In this document: positions 1-12,374 of the stretch, piece after piece
Position numbering within the stretch: the first letter of the stretch is position 1
Layout of the letters: every line of letters begins with the position of its first letter
Origin: Eledone cirrhosa
Lineage: Eukaryota
DNA length: 64,000 bases
Direction: 5' to 3'
NCBI GenBank assembly: GCA_964016885.1
Contig: CAXHJY010000489.1
Coordinates: 124,001-188,000, forward strand
Program-made: the position numbers and the translations under genes
The notes under the pieces: model-generated
The model's input: the letters and a program-made list of their open reading frames with translations, nothing else
What the model was told of the DNA's origin: nothing
Database searches by the model: none

Positions 1-158
<158 letters not shown>

Positions 159-174
159 TAAAATAACAGATTAA

Positions 175-223
175 AGTTTAAGCAAAATCGCTGCTTTCAC
201 CCTTAACGGGATCTTCTGAAACT
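175..223 (-). ncRNA. Hammerhead-like motif, A4 core variant
   Basis: Minus strand reads AGTTT-CAGAAGA-tCCCgttaaGGGt-GAAA-GCAGcgattTTGC-TT-AAACT. Helices I, II and III pair; core U4 is A. Homologues at 41012-41062 and 41063-41111. Confidence 0.55.
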
Positions 224-481
224 AAAAATATCAATCTGTGAACGCAGAAGTAAATATTTCGAAAAACGTTGCAACCGAACGAAAACAGGAAGATGATACT
301 TTGGTTCGTGAAGATGTTCCCTGGCAATGAACGGAAAAAAGCGAAGATAATACATCGTTATGTGGAACGGTGAGAACAATTACACGCAAAGACAAACCCA
401 CGTTTATGGTATAAAGGAAGTCGTAGACTAATATTCTATTTAGGAAACCGAATGATTCGCGGCTTCAAAGTTAAGAATAAT

Positions 482-683
482 TGTTTCTACTTTTGGCAGA
501 AGCCCAGCAATTACTCAGTACATTACTGGTACTTTATTTTATCGACACCGTAAGGATGAAAGGCAAAGTTAACCTCGCCTGGATTTGAACGAGGTTAACT
601 TTGCCTTTCATCCATACGGGGTCGATAAAATAAAGTACCAGTAATGTACTGGTTAATTGCTGGGCTTGTGCCAAAAGTAGAAA
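482..683. mobile_element. Two 5'-truncated SINE copies fused head-to-head (fold-back), 16-bp TSD
   Basis: Arms are reverse complements of the SINE body and tail (gaggttaactttgcctttcatcc...aaagtagaaaca). CAAAGTTAAGAATAAT flanks both sides, at 466-481 and 684-699. Confidence 0.85.
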
Positions 684-1199
684 CAAAGTTAAGAATAATG
701 TAAATAAATTAGTAGAACGAAAATGACAGAGGTTATTGAAACCAACAATAATTAAATATATACATACACGCATCCACGCATGTGTGTATACATATAATTA
801 TATAAACGTATATAAATATACACACATAAATACGTAAATAACGCACACACACACATACCTACAGGTAAATACACATATGTTCCCTAAAAGTACGTGAACC
901 AAAACACAAAGTACACATATACACACCTTACATACGTGCAAACACGCATACACACACAAACACGAAATACACATATACACATAACCATATACACATGTAC
1001 CAGTATATATAATATAATATATACATCTATAACAAATACAAGCAAATATAGGTACGAGAAAGTATACGTGCCTTCACAAAACATACAGGTAATATATACT
1101 TACCTATACAAATAAGTAATGGTATAATCATAAAATATACTTAGCTACCAAATCAAGACGTAAATTATCTGCATATTTTTCGTACTATCCGTTAGGGTT

Positions 1200-2830
1200 T
1201 AATGTGGGGCTGAAATACAGGAAAGTTTTATGCAATTTATATTTACAAGCCGAAATTGCCTCAGAATTTTTTTTAAGATGTGGTCATTGGCGTAGAGTAT
1301 TTCCAGGGCTTCAGCGGCGCAAAGATCTTTTAATTCCGTTATACGATCTAGCTCTAGATAGGATCTCCCAATGTAAAATTTATTGGGTGTGGTTGTCTTT
1401 TAGACTCCAGATATAAGCTGAAAGTGACGTCATATTCCTTCTTAAAGGGTTAAGAAAAGAATGGGTGTACATGTAAAGAGGCTGCTTGAATCTATTGGCG
1501 GTTAACCCTATGTAGGCCCTAAGAGCCGTGGGCGTTTCGACCTTACATTTGTAGACAATGTTACTGGAGAGGCATTTCCCGGATAGAAGGCAGTCAACCC
1601 GATTTCTACAATTAAAGTTAGTACTAGCTACAGGGTTGCACGTGTTCCTACGGCTAGGTAATTTAGCTAAATTTGAAGCAGTGATGTTATGTTAAGAGTC
1701 GTAGAGTAAAATATTTTAATGGTATTTCTATTAAAAATGTTATTATATTTATGTGCTGAAGGGAAATGCTTCTTAATAAGGGAGAGAAAGATCTTAGTTA
1801 ATGGTGTGGCCACCTCCATATTATATGGTGGGTTATACCGTATAATGCGTCGGGATCTATTTTTCCTTGGTCTATGCTCATACTTAGTATATGCTACCTT
1901 ATCGACATATCCACTCCGAGCAAGAGCTTCATTGTAATATGTGGAATGGTCAGTGAAAATATGCTCGTTTGTAGATAGACGGGAAAGCTTCAAAGAAACG
2001 TTTCTTACCAGGTTCTTGGTTATGCTGGCAGGATGGTTAGAATGCTTACTTATGTAATTAAGCGTATCATTCGGCTTTCTATACGGATAGTGCAAGCCAT
2101 TCGACAAATTGAGGGTAACGTCGAGGTAATTAACGACCGAGAGGTTGGCCTCAACCTGTATGGAGAGGTTGAAGCCTTTAAAGAAGGCTGTGAGTTCTTT
2201 TCTGAACCTGTCGCAAGCGCGTAGACCGCACTTTGTCATGGTCAAAAGACCGTCATCACGGTACAAACCACCGCCCACACTGGGGAATTCTTCCTTGATA
2301 GAGAAAAGAAGGAAAAGGCCGATAAAATCAGTAACCTCAGCCGAATCGCTGGCGTCCATACTCACGTCGAATGGGGTACTATTAGATTTTTTAATCCAAA
2401 TAGAGTCGTCGAAATTAATCACCGACTTATGGGCATTGAGGATGACATCAAATTCGAAATCCTTAACCACCGTGAGCGTTTTATCGAAATTGATAGCTCT
2501 AAGAAGTGGTAAAGTGATGAAGGAGTAGTAGTTATTGATGTCGAATTGGATAAAACGGCAATGTTCCTTGTTGCATATGCCATTGAACCAATCAATCACC
2601 GCGAAAGAATTGTTCCACAGTGCAAGAGGGGCCAAGCTTCTAATTTCAGGTATAATTTATCTAAAATCCTTTTACTAAGTCTATCTAAATCGGACTTTGT
2701 AGGGTTAATAAGCCGAATAGAGGGGTTGTTGGCGAAATTGGGTTTGTGATCCTTCAGGGTAAAGTGAGGAGAAATAGGGTCCAGAGGTTCAGTCCGGTCC
2801 TGGATGTTGAGTTCAGAGGTGACATATTTG
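1200..2830 (-). mobile_element. Penelope-like retroelement, 5'-truncated and frameshifted (RT + C-terminal GIY-YIG endonuclease)
   Basis: ORF 1667-2635 has PLE RT motifs (FDINNYY, LYRDDGL, NYLDVTL, YRKPN, SNHP, YNPPY). Downstream frames give NCRNRVDCLLSGKCLSSNIVYKC...YIGLT and DLCAAEALEIL (GIY-YIG). Confidence 0.9.
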
Positions 2831-2888
2831 ATATATATTATTCCTGATCGAGCCCTCTTTGGATTTTAGTCTTCAAATTTATTATTAT

Positions 2889-2949
<61 letters not shown>

Positions 2950-2954
<5 letters not shown>

Positions 2955-3057
2955 CAAAGGAACGTGACAAGGGGAGAGCTGCCGTGCTGAGAAGGACCTG
3001 TCTAACCCATGCAAGCATGGAAAAACAGATGTAAAAACAATGATGATGATGATGAAA
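2950..3057 (+). mobile_element. RTE LINE 3' tail fragment
   Basis: acccatgcaagcatggaaaaacagatgtaaaa + (GAT)n; matches the 3' ends of RTE copies at 45120-45197 and 61963-62040. Confidence 0.75.
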
Positions 3058-3502
3058 TCTATAAACATTATATCGTGTTATTTGTTTTATTGATTTAATC
3101 GTACGTGTTTCCCTATTTTCCTGGAAAAAGACGAAGGCGTTCATCTAAAAATGTTATTAATCAGGTTAGAGGATATTGGTATCATATATTACAGTATTGT
3201 ATAAACAGTTTGACACATTTACACTACAGTGAAAATAAACTAATTCTTTTACTTATTTTTATCCCTTTTTTGTTATTTATTTGATCGATCCCTTCATGTC
3301 AAACTGCCAGTGTAGGCAGTAAATAAACATAAACACATTATATATATATATATATATATATATCAGTGGCGAAGGGTAACCTGGAAAGCAGGGCATGCAA
3401 TCCAATCGCCATGGCAGAAAGTGGGGCTGTGCAGCCTTACCCCCCCCCCCCCATTCCCTCTAAATGACCCTCCTGGTCTAAGCCGCATGTAGTGATATCT
3501 AG

Positions 3503-3796
3503 TGTGTGTGTGTTATCTTTTTATGTGTCTACGATTTAGTAAGCAGCCAAAATTCAGCTTGCTTCAATCGACGCTGTCGTGTGTTTGTGTGTATGTGTGT
3601 GTGTGTGTGTATGTGTGTGTGTGTGTGTATGTGTGTGTGTGTGTGTTATCTTTTTATGTGTCTATGATTTAGTAAGCAGCCAAAATTCTGCTTGCTTCAA
3701 CCGACGCTGCCGTGTGTGTGTGTGTGTGTGTGTATTATCTTTTTATGTGTCTACGATTTAGCAAGCAGCCAAAATTCTGCTTGCTTCAACCGACGC
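3503..3796. repeat. Three tandem copies of a ~65-bp unit separated by (TG)n
   Basis: ttatctttttatgtgtctacgatttagtaagcagccaaaattc..gcttgcttcaaccgacgc repeated three times. Confidence 0.9.
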
Positions 3797-3995
3797 AATT
3801 GATCAACTCAAGATTCTATAACGCATGCACGCACCCTTCGCCCCTGATATATATATATGTGTGTGTGTGTATTTATATACATATTATATATGTGTGTGTG
3901 TCTATATATATATCATCATCATTATCATCATCGTTTTTATTTTTGTTTTTCCACATTTGCATAGATTAACCGTTTACCATTTACATTACTCTATA

Positions 3996-4190
3996 CAGTG
4001 GTACCTTGACTTACGAGTATCACAAATAATGAGTTTTTCGATATACAAACCGTCTCTCGGCTGATTTTTTGCTTTGAGTTGCGAGCTAAAATTGGGGTTA
4101 AGAGCCAGGGTTAAGATCCAGCTTCAGATACCCCACCGCCAATTGGCGTAGCGAACGCCACGATGAATGACGTAACAAAAACTAGGCAGG
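3996..4190 (+). mobile_element. Tc1/mariner-pogo (Tigger-like) MITE end fragment
   Basis: TA followed by CAGTGGTACCTTGACTTACGA, a Tigger-type TIR start; no partner TIR found. Confidence 0.5.
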
Positions 4191-4214
4191 TAGTTGTGGA
4201 CAGAAGGAGAAATT

Positions 4215-4550
4215 TATTGTGGTCATGTAGGAGTCAAAACAAAAAGCACCCAGTCCACACTGTGATGTGGTCATGTAGGTGTCACAACAAAAGGCACCTA
4301 GCTCACACTGTAAAGTCGTCATGTAGGAGTCACAGTAAAAAGTACCTAGCCCATACAGTAAAGTGATTGTGTAGGAGTCACAACAAAAGCACCCAGCCAA
4401 CACTGTAAAGTGGTCATGTAGGAGTCATGGCAAAAAGCACCCAGCACACACTGTAAATGTGATTGGCATTAGGAAGGGCATCCAGCTGTAGAAATTTAGC
4501 CAGAAACAGTTTTGTATGAGCATAGAAAGTGGACGTTAAACGACGATGAT
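4215..4550 (+). mobile_element. RTE-related SINE/UTR module with ~45-bp tandem repeats and (GAT)n tail
   Basis: Repeats of gtggtcatgtaggagtcacaacaaaaagcacccagtccacactgtaa, then ttaggaagggcatccagctgtagaaa and ggacgttaaacgacgatgat. Confidence 0.8.
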
Positions 4551-4894
4551 ATTAATATATACTGATATACTAAAATAGTTTGGTTATAAATATTGGCTAA
4601 ATCTGTGTCTAAGAGTACAGCCCGTTACATGGTCAGATTGTTGGAAACTAAACCGGCAACCTCACCAAGCTCACTTAGTGTAGTGAGAATTACCTGAGTG
4701 AATGGGTCTACTCTGAGTATGCACCTGGAGGCTGGATACTTCAGAGAGGAGAGGGGCACCTTTCTAGGGTGCTCTTGGTGATTTGGGATCTGTAGGTTTC
4801 CTAAATTACCCTAGGTGATATATATAAATCCCCTCTGCCCTTGTTCATTTCAATTGATTTTGCTCCTAGTGGCCAATAAAGAAAGAATTATATT

Positions 4895-5050
4895 ATGTCC
4901 TGAGTTCAAATCCTCTTGAGGTTAGCTTTACCTTTCATTCTTATGGGGTTACTAAAATAAAGCACCAGTAATGCACTGGGATCCATTTAATTGTCTTTCC
5001 CATTCTTCCAAAATTGTTGGCCTTGTGTCTAAATCAGAAACCATTATCAT
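4895..5050 (+). mobile_element. tRNA-derived SINE (family 1), 5'-truncated
   Basis: B-box gagttcaaatcc plus the conserved central gaggttagctttacctttcatt...aaataaagcaccagtaatgcactggg. Confidence 0.8.
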
Positions 5051-5257
5051 GTCCTCCCTCAAAATGGATCTTAATTCCTGGTTTAGACAAAATTGTGGAC
5101 CCCTTCCAGTGGTCTACTATTGTTCCCTTCTTTTCAGTTTATAAACCTTTAGTATTATCCAAGCCATTCCAAGCAAACAGGGTTTCTGTAACATTTCCAC
5201 TTTGAGATTCAGGATTAGTTTTTTATATCAATCTATCAATGTTCTTTGTGAAGGGAC

Positions 5258-6714
5258 ACCCACTGGTATCACACCCACTGGTATCACACCCACTGGTATC
5301 ACATCCACTGGTATCACATCCACTGGTATCACACCCATTGGTATCACATCCACACCCACTGGTATCACATCCACACCCACTGGTATCACACCCATTGGTA
5401 TCACACCCACTGGTATCACACCCACTGGTATCACACCCACTGGTATCACATCCACTGGTATCACATCCACTGGTATCACACCCATTGGTATCACATCCAC
5501 ACCCACTGGTATCACATCCACACCCACTGGTATCACACCAATTGGTATCACACCCACTGGTATCACATCCACTGGTATCACACCCACTGGTATCACATCC
5601 ACTGGTGTCACACCCATTTGTATCACATCCACTGGTATCACACCCACTGGTACCACATCCACTGGTATCATACCTACTGGTATCACATCCACACCCACTG
5701 GTATCACACCCACTGGTATCACATCCACACCCACTGGTATCACAGCCACTGGTATCACACCCACTGGTATCACATCCACTGGTATCACATCCACTGATAT
5801 CACACCCACTGGTATACTGGTATCACACCCACTGGTATCACACTCTCTGGTATCACACCCATACCCACTGGTATCACATCCACTGGTATCAGACCCACTG
5901 GTATCACACCCACTGGTGTCACATCCACACCCACTGGTATCACATCCACTGGTATCACACCTCTGGTATCACATCCACTGGTATCACACCCACTGGTGTC
6001 ACATCCACACCCACTGGTATCACATCCACTGGTATCACACCCACTGGTGTCACATCCACACCCACTGGTATCACATCCACACCCACTGGTATCACATCCA
6101 CTGGTATCACACCCACTGGTGTCACATCCACACCCACTGGTATCACACCCACTGGTATCACATCCACTGGTATCACACCCACTGGTATCACATCCACACC
6201 CACTGGTATCACATCCACTGGTATCACACCCACTGGTATCACATCCACTGGTATCACACCCACTGGTATCACATCCACACCCACTGGTATCACATCCACT
6301 GGTATCACACCCACTGGTGTCACATCCACACCCACTGGTATCACATCCACTGGTATCACACCCACTGGTATCACATCCACTGGTATCACACCCACTGGTA
6401 TCACATCCACACCCACTGGTATCACATCCACTGGTATCACACCCACTGGTGTCACATCCACACCCACTGGTATCACATCCACTGGTATCACACCCACTGA
6501 TATCACATCCACACCCACTGGTATAACATCCACTGGTATCACACCCATTGGTATCACACCCACTGGTATCACATCCACCCACTGGTATCACATCTGCACC
6601 CACTGGTGTCACATCCACACCCACTGGTATCACATCCACACCCACTGGATCACACCCACTGGTATCACATCCACTGGTATCACACCCATTGGTATCACAC
6701 CCACTGGTATCACA
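5258..6714. repeat. Minisatellite of mixed 15-bp and 21-bp units (CACTGGTATCACAYC +/- CACACC)
   Basis: Directly visible tandem array; source of the repetitive ORFs in the track. Confidence 0.97.
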
Positions 6715-6741
6715 ACCAGATTCTTGAATTATTATTATTAA

Positions 6742-7105
6742 GATGGTAGATTGGCAGTACTGGTAGAGCATCAGACAATATGCTATGCTGCATAGAGTTA
6801 TGACCCTTTACGTTTTGAGTTCAAATAGAGTACCAGTAACACACTGGGAGCAATTTAATCAACTTTCTCCTCCTCCCAAAATTGTTGGCCTTGTGCCTAA
6901 ATCAGAAGCCATTATTATCACTGTTATGGCAGCAGAGGGTCAGACGCCATACTTTGACGCATAGAGTTACAGCCCTTGCCATTCTGAGTTCAAATCCTGC
7001 CGAGGTTAACTTTACCTTTCATCCTTACGTGGTCGATAAAATAAAGTAGCAGTAATGTACTGGGTAATTGCTGGCCTTGTGCCAAATGTAAAAACAATTA
7101 TTATC
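6742..7105 (+). mobile_element. Dimeric SINE (family 1, long monomer + short monomer)
   Basis: Two successive tggcag...gagttcaaat...gtaccagta...ggccttgtgcc units; same architecture as 58499-58862. Confidence 0.8.
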
Positions 7106-7542
7106 ACTATTATGAGATCAACATAATTGTTTCTAGCAAATGTGTTCCAATCCAAAAGAAGGAATAATGGTCTAAAGACCTTGTTTACTTTATGTCTACA
7201 ATTGTGTAGACATCTGATAATACTTGCATATTTCTCAACTTCCTTTAGTTCTTATCTTTTCCCTGGAACTCCTTTTTCAATTCTATCCAACATCTTAAAC
7301 ATTTCCTTTTCTTAATTTTCTTTAGTTCTGCAGTAATAATAATTACTTTTTTAATAATGTTTTCATAAATACATCAGAAGTTTCTTTTCTTAACATAAAA
7401 AAACGAATTTGGTACTTCCTAGAAAAAAACATGCTAAAAAATATATTTATGTCTCACAAAATATGTGGGAAAATATCCTAACAATATTTACAGTTCTTAC
7501 TATTCTTATCTGGGAATGGACTTATCACTTATTGGGAACCTT

Positions 7543-7713
7543 TTAAAAATAGGGCTCATGTATCATTCCACAAAAACGGATTCCACAAAAAAGAGTTCCT
7601 TTCGTTATGACTGACCATAGGTTTGCACCGAGAGACTGTCTCTCTAATGTATAAGCCTGGACACAGTGTTTTGTGGAAGACCAATAGTCACCAACACTAT
7701 ATATAAGGTTTTC
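7543..7713 (-). CDS. Candidate terminal coding exon of a host gene, Kelch-repeat-like
   Basis: Acceptor gcttttgcttctctctAG, then 56 open codons ENLIYSVGDYWSSTKHCVQAYTLERQSLGANLWSVITKGTLFCGIRFCGMIHEPYF*. The IYxVG...VxxY...W spacing resembles a Kelch blade. Confidence 0.4.
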   Translation of the reverse strand, partial: ENLIYSVGDYWSSTKHCVQAYTLERQSLGANLWSVITKGTLFCGIRFCGMIHEPYF

Positions 7714-7794
7714 CTAGAGAGAAGCAAAAGCTGATAATACAGTTTGGCACCACTGTAATTGCAATTCATATATTCATATATATATAGTATGTAT

Positions 7795-9612
7795 GGAGGC
7801 TGAGAGTAGGAGGTTTGCCAATGTTCTGCGACGGTAAGATCAGAGGCGTGCAGTGTTCCACATTGCAAGGCAGTGTATCAATGCAAATAAGGATGTTGTT
7901 GGAGATAAATGTCCGGAATGATGCGGTACACTTAGTGTCACAAATGATCAGAAAAAGGAGGTCGGGAAATGTCATTATGAGAGACTGATGAATGTGGAGA
8001 ACGAATGGGAGAGAGAGAAATTACCCTCAGTAGATCCGACAGAGGGACCAGCTATTGAGATTGACGAATATAGGGTCCAAGAGGCGATTAAGGAAATGAA
8101 AAATGGTAAGGCTGCTGGACTAGCGGGAATAGTTGCTGAGATGCTGAAGACATCAGGAAACGTAGGCACTAAACTGGTTGCACGCATCATCAATCAAGCT
8201 ATATATGGTGGTGTCATACCCAAAGACTGGTGCAGCAGTATTCTCATAAATTGCTACAAAGGTAAAGGGATGCTCTGGAGAGGAGCAATTATAGGGGTAT
8301 AAAAGTGATGGATCAGGTTATGAAAGTGGCAGAAAGGATATTAGCACAACTAATTAGAGAAAGGGTCAAACTAGATGAGATGCAGTTTGGTTTTGTGCCT
8401 GGGAAAAGTACAACAGATGCCCTCTTCTTGGTGAGACAGTTACAAGAGAGGTTCTTAGAGAAGAATAAGCCACTATACTTAGCTTTTGTTGACCTAGAGA
8501 AAGCCTTTGATAGGGTACCCCGATCTGTCATCTGGTGGTCCCTAAGGAAACTAGGTGTTGAGGAATGGCTTGTGAGGACAATGCAAACTTTGGTCAGAGG
8601 TGCTATCAGTAAAGTCAGGGTAAGAATGGACTTTTGTGAGGAATTCCAGATACAAGTAGGAGTACATCAAGGTTCGGTCCTCAGCCCGCTCTTGTTCATT
8701 ATAGTCCTCCAAGCCATAACAGAGGAGTTTAAGACTGGCTGTCAATGGGAACTTCTCTATGCTGACGATCTGGTTCTTATAGCAGAATCAGTAGAGGAGC
8801 TAGAGCATAAATTCTGGCTATGGAAACAGCAGTTGGAAGCAAGAGGACTGAGAGTGAACCTAGCTAAGACAAAAGTGTTGAGTAGAAAAGAGGACAAAAC
8901 TCTGATTCCGTCAGGGAAATGGCCATGTTCGATATGCAGAAAAGGAACTGGCATAAATTCTATAAAATGCACACAATGCAGATCCTGGGTACACAAGAGA
9001 TGTAGTGGGATAGCAGGCAAACTAACAGGTAGGGAGAAATACGTATGCAGTAGATGTACAGGGAAATTAGACAGTAGAAGTCGCATTGATAGACACATTT
9101 TTCAAATGCAGGAGGGTGCTATAGAAGTGGTGGATAGCTTCCAGTACCTAGGAGATCAGATTAGCATGGGAGAGAGGTGTTCCGAAGCCATAGTATCTAG
9201 AATAAGGATGAGTTGGAAGAAGTTTAGGGAGCTGCTTCCTCTGCATGGTAGTGAGACATGGGCAGCAACTGCAGAGGATATGCGACGGATGGAGAGAAAT
9301 GAGGCAAGCATGCTCCGTTGGATGTGCAATGTCAATGTGCATGAACGACCCAGCATGGATGTGTCGACAGAGAAACTGTGTCTGAGAGGGATAGAACGTA
9401 GTGTGCGAGAGAGGAGACTGCGGTGGTATGAACATGTGATGCGCATGGAGGTTGACCGATGGGTGAAGAAGTGTCAGGAAATGCCAGTTCAAGGAAGACG
9501 TGGTAGAGGTAGACCACGAAAAACATGGGCGGAGGTGGTGAGAACAGACCTCAGATCGCTGAAGCTCACGGTGGAGATGACGAAGGACCATGACAAGTGA
9601 AGAGATGCTGTG
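7795..9612 (+). mobile_element. RTE-clade LINE family A, 5'- and 3'-truncated (RT region)
   Basis: AFVDLEKAFDRV, GVHQGSVLSPLLF, LYADDL, HGSETW, RRLRWY, GRPRKTW; near-identical to 43225-45120; frameshift near 8270. Confidence 0.95.
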
Positions 9613-9679
9613 CGAATTTCAACCGTTGAGGTTGTCTTTTGTCCGGGTATGTGAATATTTATTTATAAAACAAATCTGT

Positions 9680-9743
9680 ATTTTATCTGATGAAAGCGCA
9701 CCATAATTTTGCTTGGTCGCCCTTGAAATATATATAATAAAAT
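9680..9743 (+). ncRNA. Type I minimal hammerhead ribozyme (PLE-type)
   Basis: ATTTTAT-CTGATGA-aagcgcacca...tggtcgccctt-GAAA-TATATATA-ATAAAAT: 7-bp helix I, intact core, palindromic helix III, AUA cleavage triplet. Confidence 0.75.
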
Positions 9744-9918
9744 AATTATGGTTTTATAAATATAGTTTCCATTTATTAATATATTGTATATTTACTCCAC
9801 TAAACTGTTGAGTGCATTATATCAGTTATAAAAATGTTTAAGCTTGTTGAATCCCAACAAATTAAATATAACCTCTGCATATATATATATATATATAAGA
9901 TGAAATTTTTATATATAT

Positions 9919-11705
9919 CATTAAGTTAGTTGACCAGGTCATGAAGGTCACAAAAAGAGTTATAGCACAACTAATAAGATAATAAGAGAGCGAATTGATC
10001 TAGATGAAATGCCGTTTGGGTTTGTGTCAGGTAAAAGTACCACAGACGCTCTTTTCCTTGTACGACAACTACAAGAGAAGTACCTAGCTAAAAGTAAACC
10101 CCTCTACTTAGCTTTTGTAGACATGGAGAAAGCTTTTGACAGAGTCTCCCGCTCCATTATCTGGTGGGCTCTTAGAAAACTAGGTGTAGGTGAATGGCTT
10201 GTGAGAGCTATACAAGCTATGTATAATGAAACAGTCAGTAAGGTTAGAATTAACAATGAATATTGTGAAGAATTTAGTGTAAAAGTTGGCGTTCATCAAG
10301 GCTCTGTCCTTAGCCCCCTCTTATTTATTATTGCCCTTCAGGCTATAACAGAGAAGTTCAAGACCGGCTACCCATGGGAACTCCTATACGCAAATGATCT
10401 AACGCTCATAGCTGAATCAATGGCTGAACTAGAGAAGAAATTACAAACATGGAAGCATGGCCTAGAATCAAAAGGCCTTAAAGTTAACTTGTCTAAGACT
10501 AAAGTTCTAGTTTGTAGAAAGGAAAATAGGGCGCAGGTGCTCTTAGGGAAATGGCCATGCTCAGTGTGTAGGAAAGGAGTAGGCATAAATTCCATTTTAT
10601 GTCCCAAATGCAAAGTATGGGTACATAAAAGATGTAGTGGGATCACAGGTAAACTATCTAAGAACGTAGACTTTATATGTGGCCAATGCTCAGGTGCAAT
10701 AAGTAGCAAGTGTCCCAAGGATACTAGCTCCTTCTATTGCCCAGATGGTTCTATAGAAATAGTAGACACTTCCGTTACCTGGGTGACGAAATCAGCAGTG
10801 GTGGAGGGTGTTCTGAAAGTACAGTAGCCAGAGTCAGAACGGGATGGAAAAAGTTCAGAGAGCTTATACCGCTGTTGGCCACAAAAGGTTTCTCTCTAAA
10901 AATGAAAGGCAGTTTGTATGATGCCTGTATACGAACAGCAATGCTACATGGCAGTGAGACATGGGCATTACGTGCAGAGGACCTGCGTAGACTGGAAAGG
11001 AACGAAGCATGCATGCTCCGTTGGATGTGTAATAGTAATATACGTGAACAGCAAAGCATAAATGAACTAAGTGAGACATTATGAATAAGAGGGATCAGTT
11101 GCTGTTTACTTGAGAGAAGACTACGTTGGTATGGTCACGTGATGCGCATGAAAGACGACAGCTGCATAAAAAAGTGCAGGGCGATCAAAATTGATGGTAG
11201 TTACGGAGTAGGTAGACCCAGAAAAACCTGGGATGATCTCACACACTTACATCTCTCTAAGACAATGTCTCTGGACCGAGATCTTTGGCGCTACGCAGTA
11301 ATACAGAAGACCCGCCTTGCCTATGTACAAAGCGAAACCTACAGTCAGTAGGCACCTCTTAACCAAATATACACTCCAATCCACTACCCCTACCATATCC
11401 ACCCACTCCCACCAACAGCACGAGAAAATGAGATCGAGATCGTGTAGGTGTCACGACAAAAAAACACTCACAGTCCACGCTGTAATGTGGTCGTGTAGGT
11501 AACACGGTAAAAAGTTCCCAGTTCCACACTGTAAATGTGGTTGGTGTTAGAAAGGGCATCCAGCCGTAGAAAACCTGCCAGATAGTCCTATATGAGCGAG
11601 ACACGGTCACCCGACCAGCCTTGCCTCAAGTGGGACAACTCCCGTCTAACCCATGCTAACGTGGAAAATGGACGTTAAACGAAGATTATGATGATGATGA
11701 TGATA
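9919..11705 (+). mobile_element. RTE-clade LINE family B, 3' half with 3' UTR and (GAT)n tail
   Basis: ORFs 10009-10827, 10737-11084 and 11139-11351 match the RT and C-terminus of 22443-24308; YADD mutated to YAND. Confidence 0.95.
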
Positions 11706-12374
11706 CATATATATATATATATCGACCTTCAGCCTGACACTGCTATGACTGATACACTCCCTTCCCTGTATATATCGCATGCATGTATGTTGTTGCGTGT
11801 GTGTGTGTGTGTTTATACGCGTGCTTTCATACTTGTATGTGTATATATTTCAATCCTTAGTACCTGAGTCTGGATGTGCGTTAACTCTATTATCTTACAA
11901 TTTCTTTTTCAACATATATGATATACGTATTTGTGGTCACACATACACTGATATGCTTGCCCTCATATATGTACTTACGCACACATTTTTTCACTATACA
12001 TATGCATTTGTATATACACACATATGTACATTTGTGATATATATCTCTTGCATTACTTTTATATATATCTCTTGCATATATATATCTCATGCATTACTTT
12101 TATTTATATATTTTTTTGCCCGTTAAACTTTTGTCTTTCTTGAGGAGATGTTTCAAATATTTCACTATGATTTAAAATGCCTTGTTCGACGAATGAATTA
12201 GGACGTTTCTTGTATTCGTCTTATTCGGGAAACCTCTGGTAATGAGGTAATTATATTGTATTGTTTATTATACATTAAATTTAGCTCTGGTACTTACATA
12301 GAGCACTCTTCACTCCTATGACTTTTTCAATTTTCAACGGAAACTTCAATACTTATATATATATATATATATAT

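Noticed and set aside
3364-3476. hAT-like MITE (cagtggcg...ccctcctg)
   Set aside because: TIRs are too imperfect and no 8-bp TSD is evident.
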